Virus record (IMG/VR): IMGVR_UViG_3300035698_011327
Coordinates: 1 to 64,000 of that record
Length of the DNA: 64,000 nucleotides
From: a virus
Reading direction: 5' to 3' (one strand)
Part shown: positions 19,215-28,092 of the stretch, in pieces
Layout: the number at the start of each line of letters is the position of its first letter
Position numbering within the stretch: position 1 is the stretch's first letter
Notes under the pieces: model-generated
Told to the model about the DNA's origin: nothing
What the model saw: the letters and a program-made list of their open reading frames with translations, nothing else
Database searches by the model: none
Translations under genes and position numbers: made by a program

Positions 19215-19372
19215 AATAGCACGAATCATAGTGTTATAAAATCATTGTCTGCAATTGAGTATATCTTTGATATACGATAAGTAATCTAGATTAATTAATT
19301 ATATAATATAAATGCGTGCGCGCACACGATGACAACATCCTTTATCGTGATAATGACTTGAAAGGAGGATGA

Positions 19373-19576
19373 ATGTTCGACGACCACTATGTCGTTTGTA
19401 CTTTGATTGGGCTGGTTTGTTTGGTTGTAACATTCAAGATCATACTACTTGTTAGCAATGTTGTGGATAAGGTTGATAATATTCTTGATAGGGTTATATC
19501 CCTTGTTAGGATATCACACGAGGTTGAGACAAGGCCAGACTTAATAGCAAGCTTTGAAAAGGAAAGTGAAGCGTGA
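19373..19576 (+). CDS. small membrane protein
   Basis: one hydrophobic N-terminal helix, strong RBS. Confidence 0.65.
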   Translation: MFDDHYVVCTLIGLVCLVVTFKIILLVSNVVDKVDNILDRVISLVRISHEVETRPDLIASFEKESEA

Positions 19577-19658
19577 TACTAAAGTAATGATCTCTTCCAA
19601 GGCTCGTTGTGGAGGCAATGAGTCTTTGTAGAAACCAATACTAACAAAAGGAGGGTGT

Positions 19659-19883
19659 ATGAAAAAGAAATTTTCTATTAGGAAGTATGACGGCGATGAC
19701 GCTTATAGTTATGCCGTATTCTTTGCTAAAGATGTCAAGAACATAAGAGGCCAGATTTTTTATCACGACGCTAGACCCTTAGTCTGCGGGTGTACAAAGA
19801 GAGAAGCAGTCTACCACTCTAAAGAATTTGAAAAGGAGCGTCAAGATGCTGAGGAGAAAAAGAGGAGACATGAGCAAGGATAG
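19659..19883 (+). CDS. hypothetical protein
   Basis: RBS, 74 aa. Confidence 0.65.
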   Translation: MKKKFSIRKYDGDDAYSYAVFFAKDVKNIRGQIFYHDARPLVCGCTKREAVYHSKEFEKERQDAEEKKRRHEQG

Positions 19884-19982
19884 GCGTTGGAAAAGAGTCA
19901 GGTATCTCTGTAGGCAAGCAAGGTACGATGAAGCGTCACGCCTTGTAAAAAAGATTGAAAGAGATTGGGGGAGAAACTACTA

Positions 19983-20366
19983 ATGAAAACAATTGGGATG
20001 ATAGGAACCAGACGCAGGAATACATTCAATGATCGGAAAGATTGTATCCAAGCCTTTGAAGCGATATATGAGGCGGGTGATATACTTGTTAGTGGTGGAT
20101 GCCCTAAAGGTGGAGATAATTTTGCCGAATTTATTGCTAAAGAAGACGGCATAGGCATATTGATTTTCTATCCTAATTGGAACAAGTATCATAGAGCTGC
20201 TGGGTTTGTAAGAAATTCAGACATAGCAGATAACTCCGATGTTCTTATTGCTTGTGTAGCAGAGGACAGGAAGGGTGGAACAGAGGACACGATCAAAAAA
20301 TTTATCAAGAAGTTTTCCTTCGATGAAAAAGCTGCTGTGAAAGAAGGAAAACTAATTTTAGTGTAA
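19983..20366 (+). CDS. SLOG/DprA-family Rossmann protein
   Basis: IGMIGTR, LVSGGCPKGGD, AGFVRNSDIA, KGGTEDTI. Confidence 0.8.
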   Translation: MKTIGMIGTRRRNTFNDRKDCIQAFEAIYEAGDILVSGGCPKGGDNFAEFIAKEDGIGILIFYPNWNKYHRAAGFVRNSDIADNSDVLIACVAEDRKGGTEDTIKKFIKKFSFDEKAAVKEGKLILV

Positions 20367-20375
20367 GGAGGTAAC

Positions 20376-20594
20376 ATGGACACTGTAAGAGTAATTGAGT
20401 ATGGAAAAAAAGAGGACAGAGAAGATCATCCTGAGAATTGGCACACAGTTGATATTTCAGAATTCAAACCAAAGCTTACTAAACAGGGGACATTCGTCAA
20501 GTACCAAAGAAACATTATAATCAAAGCCATCTTTGATTCAATGGACAATCCAAACAAGAAATTTATCATTGAGAAAGGAAAATTCGGGAGGTGA
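20376..20594 (+). CDS. hypothetical protein
   Basis: strong RBS. Confidence 0.65.
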   Translation: MDTVRVIEYGKKEDREDHPENWHTVDISEFKPKLTKQGTFVKYQRNIIIKAIFDSMDNPNKKFIIEKGKFGR

Positions 20595-20598
20595 TTAG

Positions 20599-20949
20599 AT
20601 GAATAAGATGGCACCAATAATTGCTACTCTTGCTTTTATTATCTCTGGGTGTGCTCCAACAATCCCTGTAATTTGTAGACAGCAAGTATTAAGCCAATAC
20701 GCTGCGGCGTTAGACTCTGATGATGTCTATAAAGCAGAGATATGGTATGTAGCATCGCCTGATGTCACAAGAGCACATAGTGCAGTAAGAGTGCTTGTAT
20801 CTGAAGGAGATGGATACAAATGGTATTGGGTTGCTCAACCGACGATGTCTTTAAAACTTGAAGAAAAATTACATCGTTCATATACCCCAGTCAAAGTCGT
20901 TGACTGGGATGAAGCTGTTAGCTGGTCAAAAAGCTTGAAAAGGAGGTGA
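20599..20949 (+). CDS. putative lipoprotein
   Basis: signal peptide with lipobox ISGC. Confidence 0.65.
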   Translation: MNKMAPIIATLAFIISGCAPTIPVICRQQVLSQYAAALDSDDVYKAEIWYVASPDVTRAHSAVRVLVSEGDGYKWYWVAQPTMSLKLEEKLHRSYTPVKVVDWDEAVSWSKSLKRR

Positions 20950-21282
20950 TTATAGTTGACTTATCCAAAAAGAGTCATTAAGGTTAAATGTAGGAGATGT
21001 AAGCACGACTTTGATGAAGAGGATGTTGAGTTTGTTAACGTTGAAGAAGACTTTTTTGGAGCAGATATCTTAACATTCGTTTGTCCTGAGTGTGGGCAAA
21101 CTACAACTTCAAACAGAAGGGGGTGATATAGTTGGGAAGAAAAGAAGGGAATTACCTGAGTGGTGGAAGCCTTGAACTAGCGCAGATGCTTGGAGAGATA
21201 ATAATGTTCTATGAACCTGCGTTCTCTCCTCCTGAAGCGTTTAACCTTATTATGAAACTCATGAATAGGGGGATTAGAATAA

Positions 21283-22068
21283 GTGAAAAAAAATCCACTG
21301 GACGGAATAACAATAAACGGAAAAGCTTTAGCAGACTCTGATATCTTTGAGAAAGGATGTGAGAAGGAGTCAAATCTTCTAGCTGATAAGATTTCAAAAG
21401 AAGAAAAAACTTCCGCTAAAAGCAGCAGGAAGTTGATCTATCACAAACCAAGAGATCATAGATTAAAAAAAGATCACGGTGAAATCGATTATGGGAGGAA
21501 ACTTAATATGGCTGAAATAAATGGCGAGTACCTTGAGACTAACCTTAAGGCAGCACAATCAATAAGAGAGGGTGTCGTTGCTTGTTTACTTACAGGCAAA
21601 AAGCTTACAGCTGGTGAGATAAGTATGCTCATCTCTGATCGCTTTAAACTCTATTCGAATGCTACCGCAGCTGCTATGTATAGCATAAATAAAACAGAGC
21701 TTGGTAGGCTAATAAATAAAGCTCCACACAGGGGACATTTTATTTATCAGCTTATCGAACCCGCTTGTCACATGTCTTTCAAGACTGCGCTTTGTTTGAT
21801 GCTGAAATCGAACAAGATTATAACATTAAGGACTGTTGGGACATGTACAGATAATCCAAAGTTCCAGGGAGTCATAGACAGGCTGATGGGCTGGGATAAA
21901 GAAGAAGAAATACTTTTAGCAGATGAGGGACCTGTTAAGGAAGTGTGGCCAGCTGAAGGGTTTATTGAAGATGCCAGAAAACGGCTGTCTGATGTACTAG
22001 GGGTCGATGTAAAAATCGACATAAATATTAACATTGAATTTGGCCCGATTGGTGGCTATGAAAAATGA
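21283..22068 (+). CDS. hypothetical protein, possible winged-helix DNA-binding domain
   Basis: 261 aa; KKLTAGEISMLI helix pattern. Confidence 0.55.
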   Translation: MKKNPLDGITINGKALADSDIFEKGCEKESNLLADKISKEEKTSAKSSRKLIYHKPRDHRLKKDHGEIDYGRKLNMAEINGEYLETNLKAAQSIREGVVACLLTGKKLTAGEISMLISDRFKLYSNATAAAMYSINKTELGRLINKAPHRGHFIYQLIEPACHMSFKTALCLMLKSNKIITLRTVGTCTDNPKFQGVIDRLMGWDKEEEILLADEGPVKEVWPAEGFIEDARKRLSDVLGVDVKIDININIEFGPIGGYEK

Positions 22069-22267
22069 AGGAGGTGATTAGGTGAAATATGATAAAAGAA
22101 ACTGTTCAAAAAGAGATGGAATGTATTGTCTGCTTAAATAGGCAAATCATCCATCGCAAAGAGCACAAGAACAAAAAGGTGGGGCACAGAAAAGGATTAT
22201 GGTGCCATGTCTGTAAGCGGAAGACCAAGCACGTTGAGCTACCTGAATTCAGAATGGAATAGCGGAG

Positions 22268-22828
22268 GTGTTTATGCGAGACGAAGAATTTATTTCTTGT
22301 GAGAAAATTATAGCATCTCTTGCTTACCGTTGGGTCAGGTTGCTTCCAAGGTCTGCGATGTACGATGCCAAAGATTTGATATCAGAAGGCTGGATAATTT
22401 ACATTAAATGCTTGAAAGGATATGACGAGGATTATGGCGTCAAGTTTACAACCTATTTGTATGCTTCTGTGTATACGCAGTTTATTAAAATAGCACAGAC
22501 AGAAGCAAGAAAGTGTCTGCCTAATAGGAAAGAAGGTTATGATTGCGTTGAACTTCCGACTAAGGTAGGTGAGACTCCTGATAGGCAAGTAATGCTTATA
22601 CAGGCACTTAATGCTATAGCCGAAGTATCCGCTGATTTTGCTAAGATGATAGTTGAAGGGGTTCCAGAAGAACTCGTGATACAGTCAAGAAGGCTAAGAA
22701 GGCATAAGGCTAGAAGGAATAGGTTTGATAATCCATCTTTTAATGTAACATATCCGAATAGTATGATAGAAGATTATTTTGGCGTGAGCTTAAAAGAATT
22801 GGAGAAGATAGTAAATAACTATATTTGA
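22268..22828 (+). CDS. sigma70-family RNA polymerase sigma-like factor
   Basis: region-2 signature DLISEGWIIYIKCLKGYDEDYGVKFTTYLY. Confidence 0.75.
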   Translation: MFMRDEEFISCEKIIASLAYRWVRLLPRSAMYDAKDLISEGWIIYIKCLKGYDEDYGVKFTTYLYASVYTQFIKIAQTEARKCLPNRKEGYDCVELPTKVGETPDRQVMLIQALNAIAEVSADFAKMIVEGVPEELVIQSRRLRRHKARRNRFDNPSFNVTYPNSMIEDYFGVSLKELEKIVNNYI

Positions 22829-22857
22829 ATAGGTTCGAAATGCTGTTAACATAAACA

Positions 22858-23709
22858 ATGAAAGAGGAGGACGGTATGGTAGATGTTAATTACAAAATGC
22901 TTCAGGATAATGTAAAGGCACTTAACGATGCTTGTGGGACAGAGATCAAGGTTATCTCGGTGAAAAAGGATTCCTTGATTAAGAATTTCAAGGATGCTAT
23001 GGAGAATGGCCTTGAAGGTGTACCGCAGAATATCGCTGAGTATTACGCTGCTACTTTCGGCACAAAAGCGCCACCGGATGCTGAAGAAGCAGAGAAAGAT
23101 GCTGAAGAGACACCGGATGCTGAAGAAAAGGTTAAAGATGTTACCGCCTTTGGTAACTCCGTTGCCGATTTGGCTGGGTTCGCTACGATCCTTAAGATTG
23201 AAGTGACCGAAGCAACGACAGCCCAGAAGCTTGAGACCGCTATCCTTGCGGGTTTGGATAAGCTCAAGGATGTCGAATGGAATGCTCTCCCAAAACCGAT
23301 CCAAGATTGGGACTTGGGTATGACCGACAAGCTTAATGCTTCGAAAGCGACAGCCAAGGATGAAAAGAAAAAGGCTGCTGCGGCTAAAAAGAAAGCGGAT
23401 GCTCCTGAAGGTGAGCCGGCCAAGAAGAAAGAGCACGGAGCACGCCCTGACTTCAAGTTCTCCGAAGGGACGAACGCTGCTGAGATCATGGATGTCTTCG
23501 GCAAACTCTTTGCCGCAAGCAAGGGTGAAGGTGTTAAGCTGAAAGACCTTCAAGATGCGTCCGTTAAGGCGAAGGTCAAGTCTGGTAACATTCCTGGCCG
23601 TGTAACCGCCGTTGTACGGTACGCTATGACGGAAGAAGGTGGCTCTCAGGTCGTCAAAGTTGGCGGGTTGGTATTCCCTGCTGATAAGGCACCGACAGAG
23701 AAGAAATAA
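22858..23709 (+). CDS. Ala/Lys-rich putative DNA-binding protein
   Basis: histone-like KKKAAAAKKK linker; C-terminal domain similar to 11175-11510; start may be 22876. Confidence 0.5.
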   Translation: MKEEDGMVDVNYKMLQDNVKALNDACGTEIKVISVKKDSLIKNFKDAMENGLEGVPQNIAEYYAATFGTKAPPDAEEAEKDAEETPDAEEKVKDVTAFGNSVADLAGFATILKIEVTEATTAQKLETAILAGLDKLKDVEWNALPKPIQDWDLGMTDKLNASKATAKDEKKKAAAAKKKADAPEGEPAKKKEHGARPDFKFSEGTNAAEIMDVFGKLFAASKGEGVKLKDLQDASVKAKVKSGNIPGRVTAVVRYAMTEEGGSQVVKVGGLVFPADKAPTEKK

Positions 23710-24089
23710 GGGTTAGGCAGGGGAGATTGTCTTATTAGGGTACGCATCGTGTGTATTGATAATCTCCTTTGCCTTCTTATTGGAGGCTCTATGTATAGAC
23801 CATTTCCAGAAAGAATGATGAGAGAAGATAGTGGATGGGGTATGGACCCTATCTTCTATTCGATAGGAAATCATTACGATGAACGTTTAAGAACAACCCT
23901 TAGAGACGGTTGGTATTTTTACGATGAAGTCTGGGCTACTCCTATTGGCCCGTATAAAACAGAATGGGACGCAGAAAAGATGTTAAGCCTCTATTGCTTT
24001 GACATCAGAGGTTGTGGAGAATGTGAGTTACTGTATATTGATTTTAGCAGAATGTCAGCTGTATCTTAATTTCATCAAAAGGCGGGGAT

Positions 24090-25034
24090 ATGAAAAGAAT
24101 ATTGATTATCGGGGCAGGAATTTCTGGTATGATAGCAGAAGGGGCTTTCTCTGAAGACCCTGATAACCAAGTGATGGTCATAGACCCGTTTTTTGACGAG
24201 CATAAGATTATGTCATCTCATAAAGCTGTGATGAGGTTGAGAGATGAGCGCATAAAAAAGTACGTTCCTTGCGACTTACAGGAAATAGTTGCACACAAGG
24301 CTATAGTAACTGATGGTAAAATAGTGGACAGCCCTACAATCCGACTTAATAACCTGTACAGTCTCAAGACTTATGGCTCTCTTGGTGTGAGATCGCTAAA
24401 TGATCTTGGAGCGCAAAAAAGATTCTTATTCAATCGGTTCAAAAAGACAGACTGGAATTTATATGATAAAGATAAGCTACTTGGCGTGGCCAAAAAAGCT
24501 TGTTGGACGAGTAAATTTGAGCACTTAGAATACGATATCTGTATAAGCACCATCCCTATGCCACATCTGCTAAAAATCACTATGGAATTTATGTGGCCGT
24601 CTGATATTGTATTCAAGTCCAATCCTATCTACATAACGACAGGGACTCTAATTATAGATTCAAACGTACACCAGACCCTATACTTTGTTGATTCAGAGAC
24701 TCCGATTTACAGAGCTACAATTGAGAGTAAGTCGATTCTTATAGAGGCAATAGAGGAGCCTGATAACGACGATATAGAATACTGTATCAGCTGCTTTGGT
24801 ATAGAGCTGTCCCATGTTACCAATTGGAAAAGAACAGAACAGAAAATGGGAAAGATATTTCCTATTGACGACACGGTGCGGAAAAGAATAATGATGGATT
24901 TAACAGAGCACTATAATGTGTACTCGTTTGGTAGATTTGCTACTTGGAAATCCTTGCGAATAGATCAGACGTTAGATGATATTGAAAGAATTAAGATGAT
25001 GATAAAGGTTAGATCTGGGGACTACTATTCGTGA
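24090..25034 (+). CDS. FAD-dependent oxidoreductase (UDP-galactopyranose mutase-like fold)
   Basis: N-terminal IIGAGISG, YDICISTIP, C-terminal FGRFATWK. Confidence 0.75.
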   Translation: MKRILIIGAGISGMIAEGAFSEDPDNQVMVIDPFFDEHKIMSSHKAVMRLRDERIKKYVPCDLQEIVAHKAIVTDGKIVDSPTIRLNNLYSLKTYGSLGVRSLNDLGAQKRFLFNRFKKTDWNLYDKDKLLGVAKKACWTSKFEHLEYDICISTIPMPHLLKITMEFMWPSDIVFKSNPIYITTGTLIIDSNVHQTLYFVDSETPIYRATIESKSILIEAIEEPDNDDIEYCISCFGIELSHVTNWKRTEQKMGKIFPIDDTVRKRIMMDLTEHYNVYSFGRFATWKSLRIDQTLDDIERIKMMIKVRSGDYYS

Positions 25035-25116
25035 CTCATTGCTAAAAATAACGCTTTACTTATCCTCTAAAATATAATACATAGTAGATGACTATGATAG
25101 CGATACTTAAGACATC

Positions 25117-25190
25117 GAACCTTGAGAGTCCTTTTCCGGTGACGGATTATGGGCAGCCGTCGCTGGCTGTAGTCAACTCTCAAGGTTTTT
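25117..25190 (+). ncRNA. structured three-way-junction leader RNA (copy B)
   Basis: same architecture as 14313-14386 with compensatory changes. Confidence 0.65.
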
Positions 25191-25206
25191 CTATTTAGGA
25201 GATGCT

Positions 25207-25974
25207 ATGAAAAGAAAGAGGAGGACATGTAAATGTGGGTGTGGAGATCCAGTGAAACTAGGTGGTGATCTATTTATACCAACATTGTCGATTAAGAAAA
25301 AGCTTGGTGAGATAGAAGAATATTATTTACATAAATATCAGGACAAGGGGATACCCCCTCTTCCAAAACTTGACCATAAAGAGGTCATTAAAGAGCTTTA
25401 TATTTTCAGAGAAGCAACGAATCTCTTACACCTTAAGACTATCCTTTCAAATGAGTTCTTGTGCTTTGAAGCAGCTCAAGGTCTTATGCTTGATCAGGAC
25501 TATGGAGATTTCCCTTACGTCACTCGTTCAAAAACAGGCATCGACTATGCGGCTAATTTCTGTTCCGGTCTGGGTATCGACATAGATAAGACGATCTATG
25601 TCACAAGAGCTTACAATACAAGACATGGTGCTGGGCCTCTTAGAGGTGAAGGAAAAATGGAGTCATTCTCAACTGGGATAGATGTAACTAATATCTATAA
25701 TAGTTGGCAAGACAGCCTAAGATTTGCTCCGATTAATCTTGATCGGATGAGTCAAGTTATCTTAAAAGATAGGGATATTTATAATCGGTCTGAAAAGATT
25801 CGGATGATGACTCACTTAGATACGATACCAGAAGAAACAAGGTCCATCATATTTGACGATGAGATACGCCTATCGAAAGGGGCTTTCATCGGAATAGCAG
25901 AGTATGCGTACGACATTGTCTCCTATGGTCCACGTAGATGGGATGTTGAATTAACAAAAGAATTATCATTGTAA
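25207..25974 (+). CDS. purA: chimera: HNH-type N-terminal peptide fused to the C-terminal half of an adenylosuccinate synthetase-like protein (possible pseudogene)
   Basis: MKRKRRTCKCGCG then FEAAQGLMLD.DYG.FPYVTRS, TRAYNTRHGAGP; N-terminal P-loop absent. Confidence 0.7.
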   Translation: MKRKRRTCKCGCGDPVKLGGDLFIPTLSIKKKLGEIEEYYLHKYQDKGIPPLPKLDHKEVIKELYIFREATNLLHLKTILSNEFLCFEAAQGLMLDQDYGDFPYVTRSKTGIDYAANFCSGLGIDIDKTIYVTRAYNTRHGAGPLRGEGKMESFSTGIDVTNIYNSWQDSLRFAPINLDRMSQVILKDRDIYNRSEKIRMMTHLDTIPEETRSIIFDDEIRLSKGAFIGIAEYAYDIVSYGPRRWDVELTKELSL

Positions 25975-25985
25975 AATCTTTTTTC

Positions 25986-26044
25986 TTTACTTTTTAGGTT
26001 ATCACGGTATAACTAAGTAACGAAAGAAATTTGTTCTTTGAAAA
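25986..26044 (+). promoter_or_regulatory. promoter plus boxA-like antiterminator site
   Basis: TTTACT (25986) with TATAAC (26008, 16-nt spacer); TGTTCTTTGAAAA at 26032-26044. Confidence 0.6.
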
Positions 26045-26046
26045 TT

Positions 26047-26254
26047 TAGACGGTACTTTGAATGCTTACACGCAAATTATAGGTTCGAATCCTATAGTCC
26101 CCACCATTTTAGCAGATTGTGGCCATGGCCACTGGCCAAACGAGTCGCCAAGCGTCTTGGCGGGCCATTTTATGGGGACTTGGCGCAATTGGTGACGCAC
26201 TATCATATTGAGATAGCTTCAAAAGCAACGACAGCACTCTTGACTCACCGTCTA
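26047..26254 (+). ncRNA. Y-RNA-like module 1 with circularly permuted tRNA mimic (YrlA-like)
   Basis: closing stem TAGACGGT/ACCGTCTA; inside, T-arm and 3' acceptor strand with CCA precede 5' acceptor strand, D-arm and anticodon-like arm. Confidence 0.75.
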
Positions 26255-26264
26255 TTACATCTTC

Positions 26265-26392
26265 TCCAGCAGTACCACTAAGGCATACATGCAAAAATAG
26301 CTCAATTGGTTGAGCATTAGACTCTTAATCTAACTGTTACGGGTTCAAGTCCCGTTTTTTATACCATACGGCCTTTATAACTCACTGCTGGA
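26265..26392 (+). ncRNA. Y-RNA-like module 2 enclosing a tRNA-Lys(CTT)-like cloverleaf
   Basis: closing stem TCCAGCAGT/ACTGCTGGA; cloverleaf 26291-26366 with weak A-U acceptor stem. Confidence 0.75.
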
Positions 26393-26399
26393 AATTTTC

Positions 26400-26463
26400 G
26401 CACAGAACTTCTTGTCCATACATGCCATGGAACCGCAAACAAAGGACATATGACTCTCTGTGC
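26400..26463 (+). ncRNA. Y-RNA-like module 3 (minimal)
   Basis: GCACAGA/TCTGTGC and TGTCC/GGACA stems with AC, ATACATGC and GACTC motifs. Confidence 0.7.
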
Positions 26464-26473
26464 TTCGTCTTCT

Positions 26474-26580
26474 AAGGTAGCACTCTTAGAGCATACATGC
26501 GACCAAAGGACTCATACTCCTGCCAAAAGTGTAGGCACGCAAACCTACAGATTCATCCTGCTCTTAGGACTCGCTGCCTT
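26474..26580 (+). ncRNA. Y-RNA-like module 4
   Basis: AAGGTAGC/GCTGCCTT and AGAGC/GCTCT stems with the same motifs; internal GTAGG/CCTAC hairpin. Confidence 0.7.
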
Positions 26581-26618
26581 TCACATTTTATAAACCACAA
26601 TCTATGAAAGGAGCAACT

Positions 26619-28091
26619 ATGACTGAAAGGGAAACGATCAGCAGAAACCAGATTGTCTCTGGCCTCCTACGCATAGGCCATGGCGACTTGGGTATCTACC
26701 AAAGCGACGGTATTGCTGCGGCTAACGAGGATGCCGAATTATTTGGGCACTTCTTGTGCTGGAACAGCAAGAACGGTGAGGTTAGAGACTCTAAGGTTGC
26801 CTTTCCTGTGTTAGCCTTGAGAGGAATAGCGGACGATGAGCTATTTGAAAATGCGGTAGCCAATCTCTGCTTACTTGACCCAAGGAATTTCCTGAGGGCA
26901 GTAACCTACCACAAATCATTACCTGTAAAGGTAACGGATGGTGGAGGGGCCTTTCTTAAAAAGGCCGTCAAGATGTACCTTAAGCATAGGCAGCATGGAG
27001 GCTTACGGAACAGCGCCCTTCTTCAGCACAGAAAATCTATGAAGGCGTTGTATGCTCTTTATCACGAAACCCCTGATCCAGTTTCACAGGCAGTTCTTTT
27101 TGATAAGAAAAAGCCTAAAGGGTCTGTCTTTGAAGCAGTAGCTAACCTTAAAGATATGACACCTACGAAAGCCGCTGGTGAAATCATGACAAAGAAGATT
27201 CCATTCCTTGTCGCTGTCGGTGCTCTTGGTGGGATCAAAGATAAACCGGACGTCATAATCGCTTTGATGGATAGGATGTCTGGTAGCGAGTTAATCAATA
27301 ACACGAAATCCCTTAAGAGGATGGGCGTTTTTGAAAACCCAGTGCTTTCTGCCGCTTACGAACAAGCTTTGGAAAAAGTAAAAACGGACAAGAAAGTGTC
27401 AAGCCTTAAGGCTAGCGTTGCCGCAAAACAGGTAGGAGGCAAGGCTAAGAAGAAGATGAAGGCAGTCCAAGAGAAAAAGCTTGTTGACCTTGGAGGCATT
27501 AAAGGCGACTGGCTTGTTCTTGGAGATGCAAGTAGCAGTATGCATGCTTCTGTAGAGATTGCTAAGCAAGTTGCTGCTCTTATTTCTCAGCAAGCGTTAG
27601 GTACGGTTGACCTTATCTTCTTTAATCAAAATGTCATCAAGCATATAGATGCTACTAATAAGACTCTTGAGGAAATTGAGCACGAAGCAAGGCTTGTTAG
27701 GGCAGGCGGGATGACTTCTTGTGGCGCTGGAATCGACTATATCAAGCGTCAAGGAAGGGTTGTTAATGGTATAGCGATTATTACCGATGGTGGCGAGAAT
27801 CAATGGCCACATTTTAGCGATGCATATATTGAGTATTCAGACCTGCTTGGTATAAAGCCAGCCGTCTACATGTACCACATTAGTGGTGATCGGGATACTA
27901 TGAGTGTGCATTGTAAGCAGCAGCAAGTACAGACCGAGAGGTTTGAGCTTGGTCACGATGTAGACTATTACAGTCTGCCTAATCTTATTAAGACTATGAG
28001 AGCAAACCGCTATGCTTTGGTAGATGAGATGATGGAGATTCCACTTTTAACCTTAAAGGACGTTTTTAGCGGAAACGGAAAGAGATCATAA
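26619..28091 (+). CDS. divergent TROVE/Ro60-like protein with C-terminal vWA domain
   Basis: ~490 aa, basic helical N-region, MIDAS DASSSM, GGMTSCG, IITDGGEN; RBS favours 26619. Confidence 0.65.
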   Translation: MTERETISRNQIVSGLLRIGHGDLGIYQSDGIAAANEDAELFGHFLCWNSKNGEVRDSKVAFPVLALRGIADDELFENAVANLCLLDPRNFLRAVTYHKSLPVKVTDGGGAFLKKAVKMYLKHRQHGGLRNSALLQHRKSMKALYALYHETPDPVSQAVLFDKKKPKGSVFEAVANLKDMTPTKAAGEIMTKKIPFLVAVGALGGIKDKPDVIIALMDRMSGSELINNTKSLKRMGVFENPVLSAAYEQALEKVKTDKKVSSLKASVAAKQVGGKAKKKMKAVQEKKLVDLGGIKGDWLVLGDASSSMHASVEIAKQVAALISQQALGTVDLIFFNQNVIKHIDATNKTLEEIEHEARLVRAGGMTSCGAGIDYIKRQGRVVNGIAIITDGGENQWPHFSDAYIEYSDLLGIKPAVYMYHISGDRDTMSVHCKQQQVQTERFELGHDVDYYSLPNLIKTMRANRYALVDEMMEIPLLTLKDVFSGNGKRS

Positions 28092-28092
28092 G

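Noticed and set aside
25207-25974. PurZ and a Z-genome
   Set aside because: The N-terminal residues that distinguish PurZ from PurA are missing, so no call can be made
26079-26216. Two-piece (permuted) tmRNA
   Set aside because: Acceptor stem has G3-C70, not the G3-U70 alanine determinant, and there is no room for a tag frame or pseudoknots
26047-26580. CRISPR array interpretation of the repeated ATACATGC units
   Set aside because: Conserved parts are short and split, unit lengths range from 64 to 208 nt, inserts are structured tRNA-like sequence, and no cas gene is recognisable
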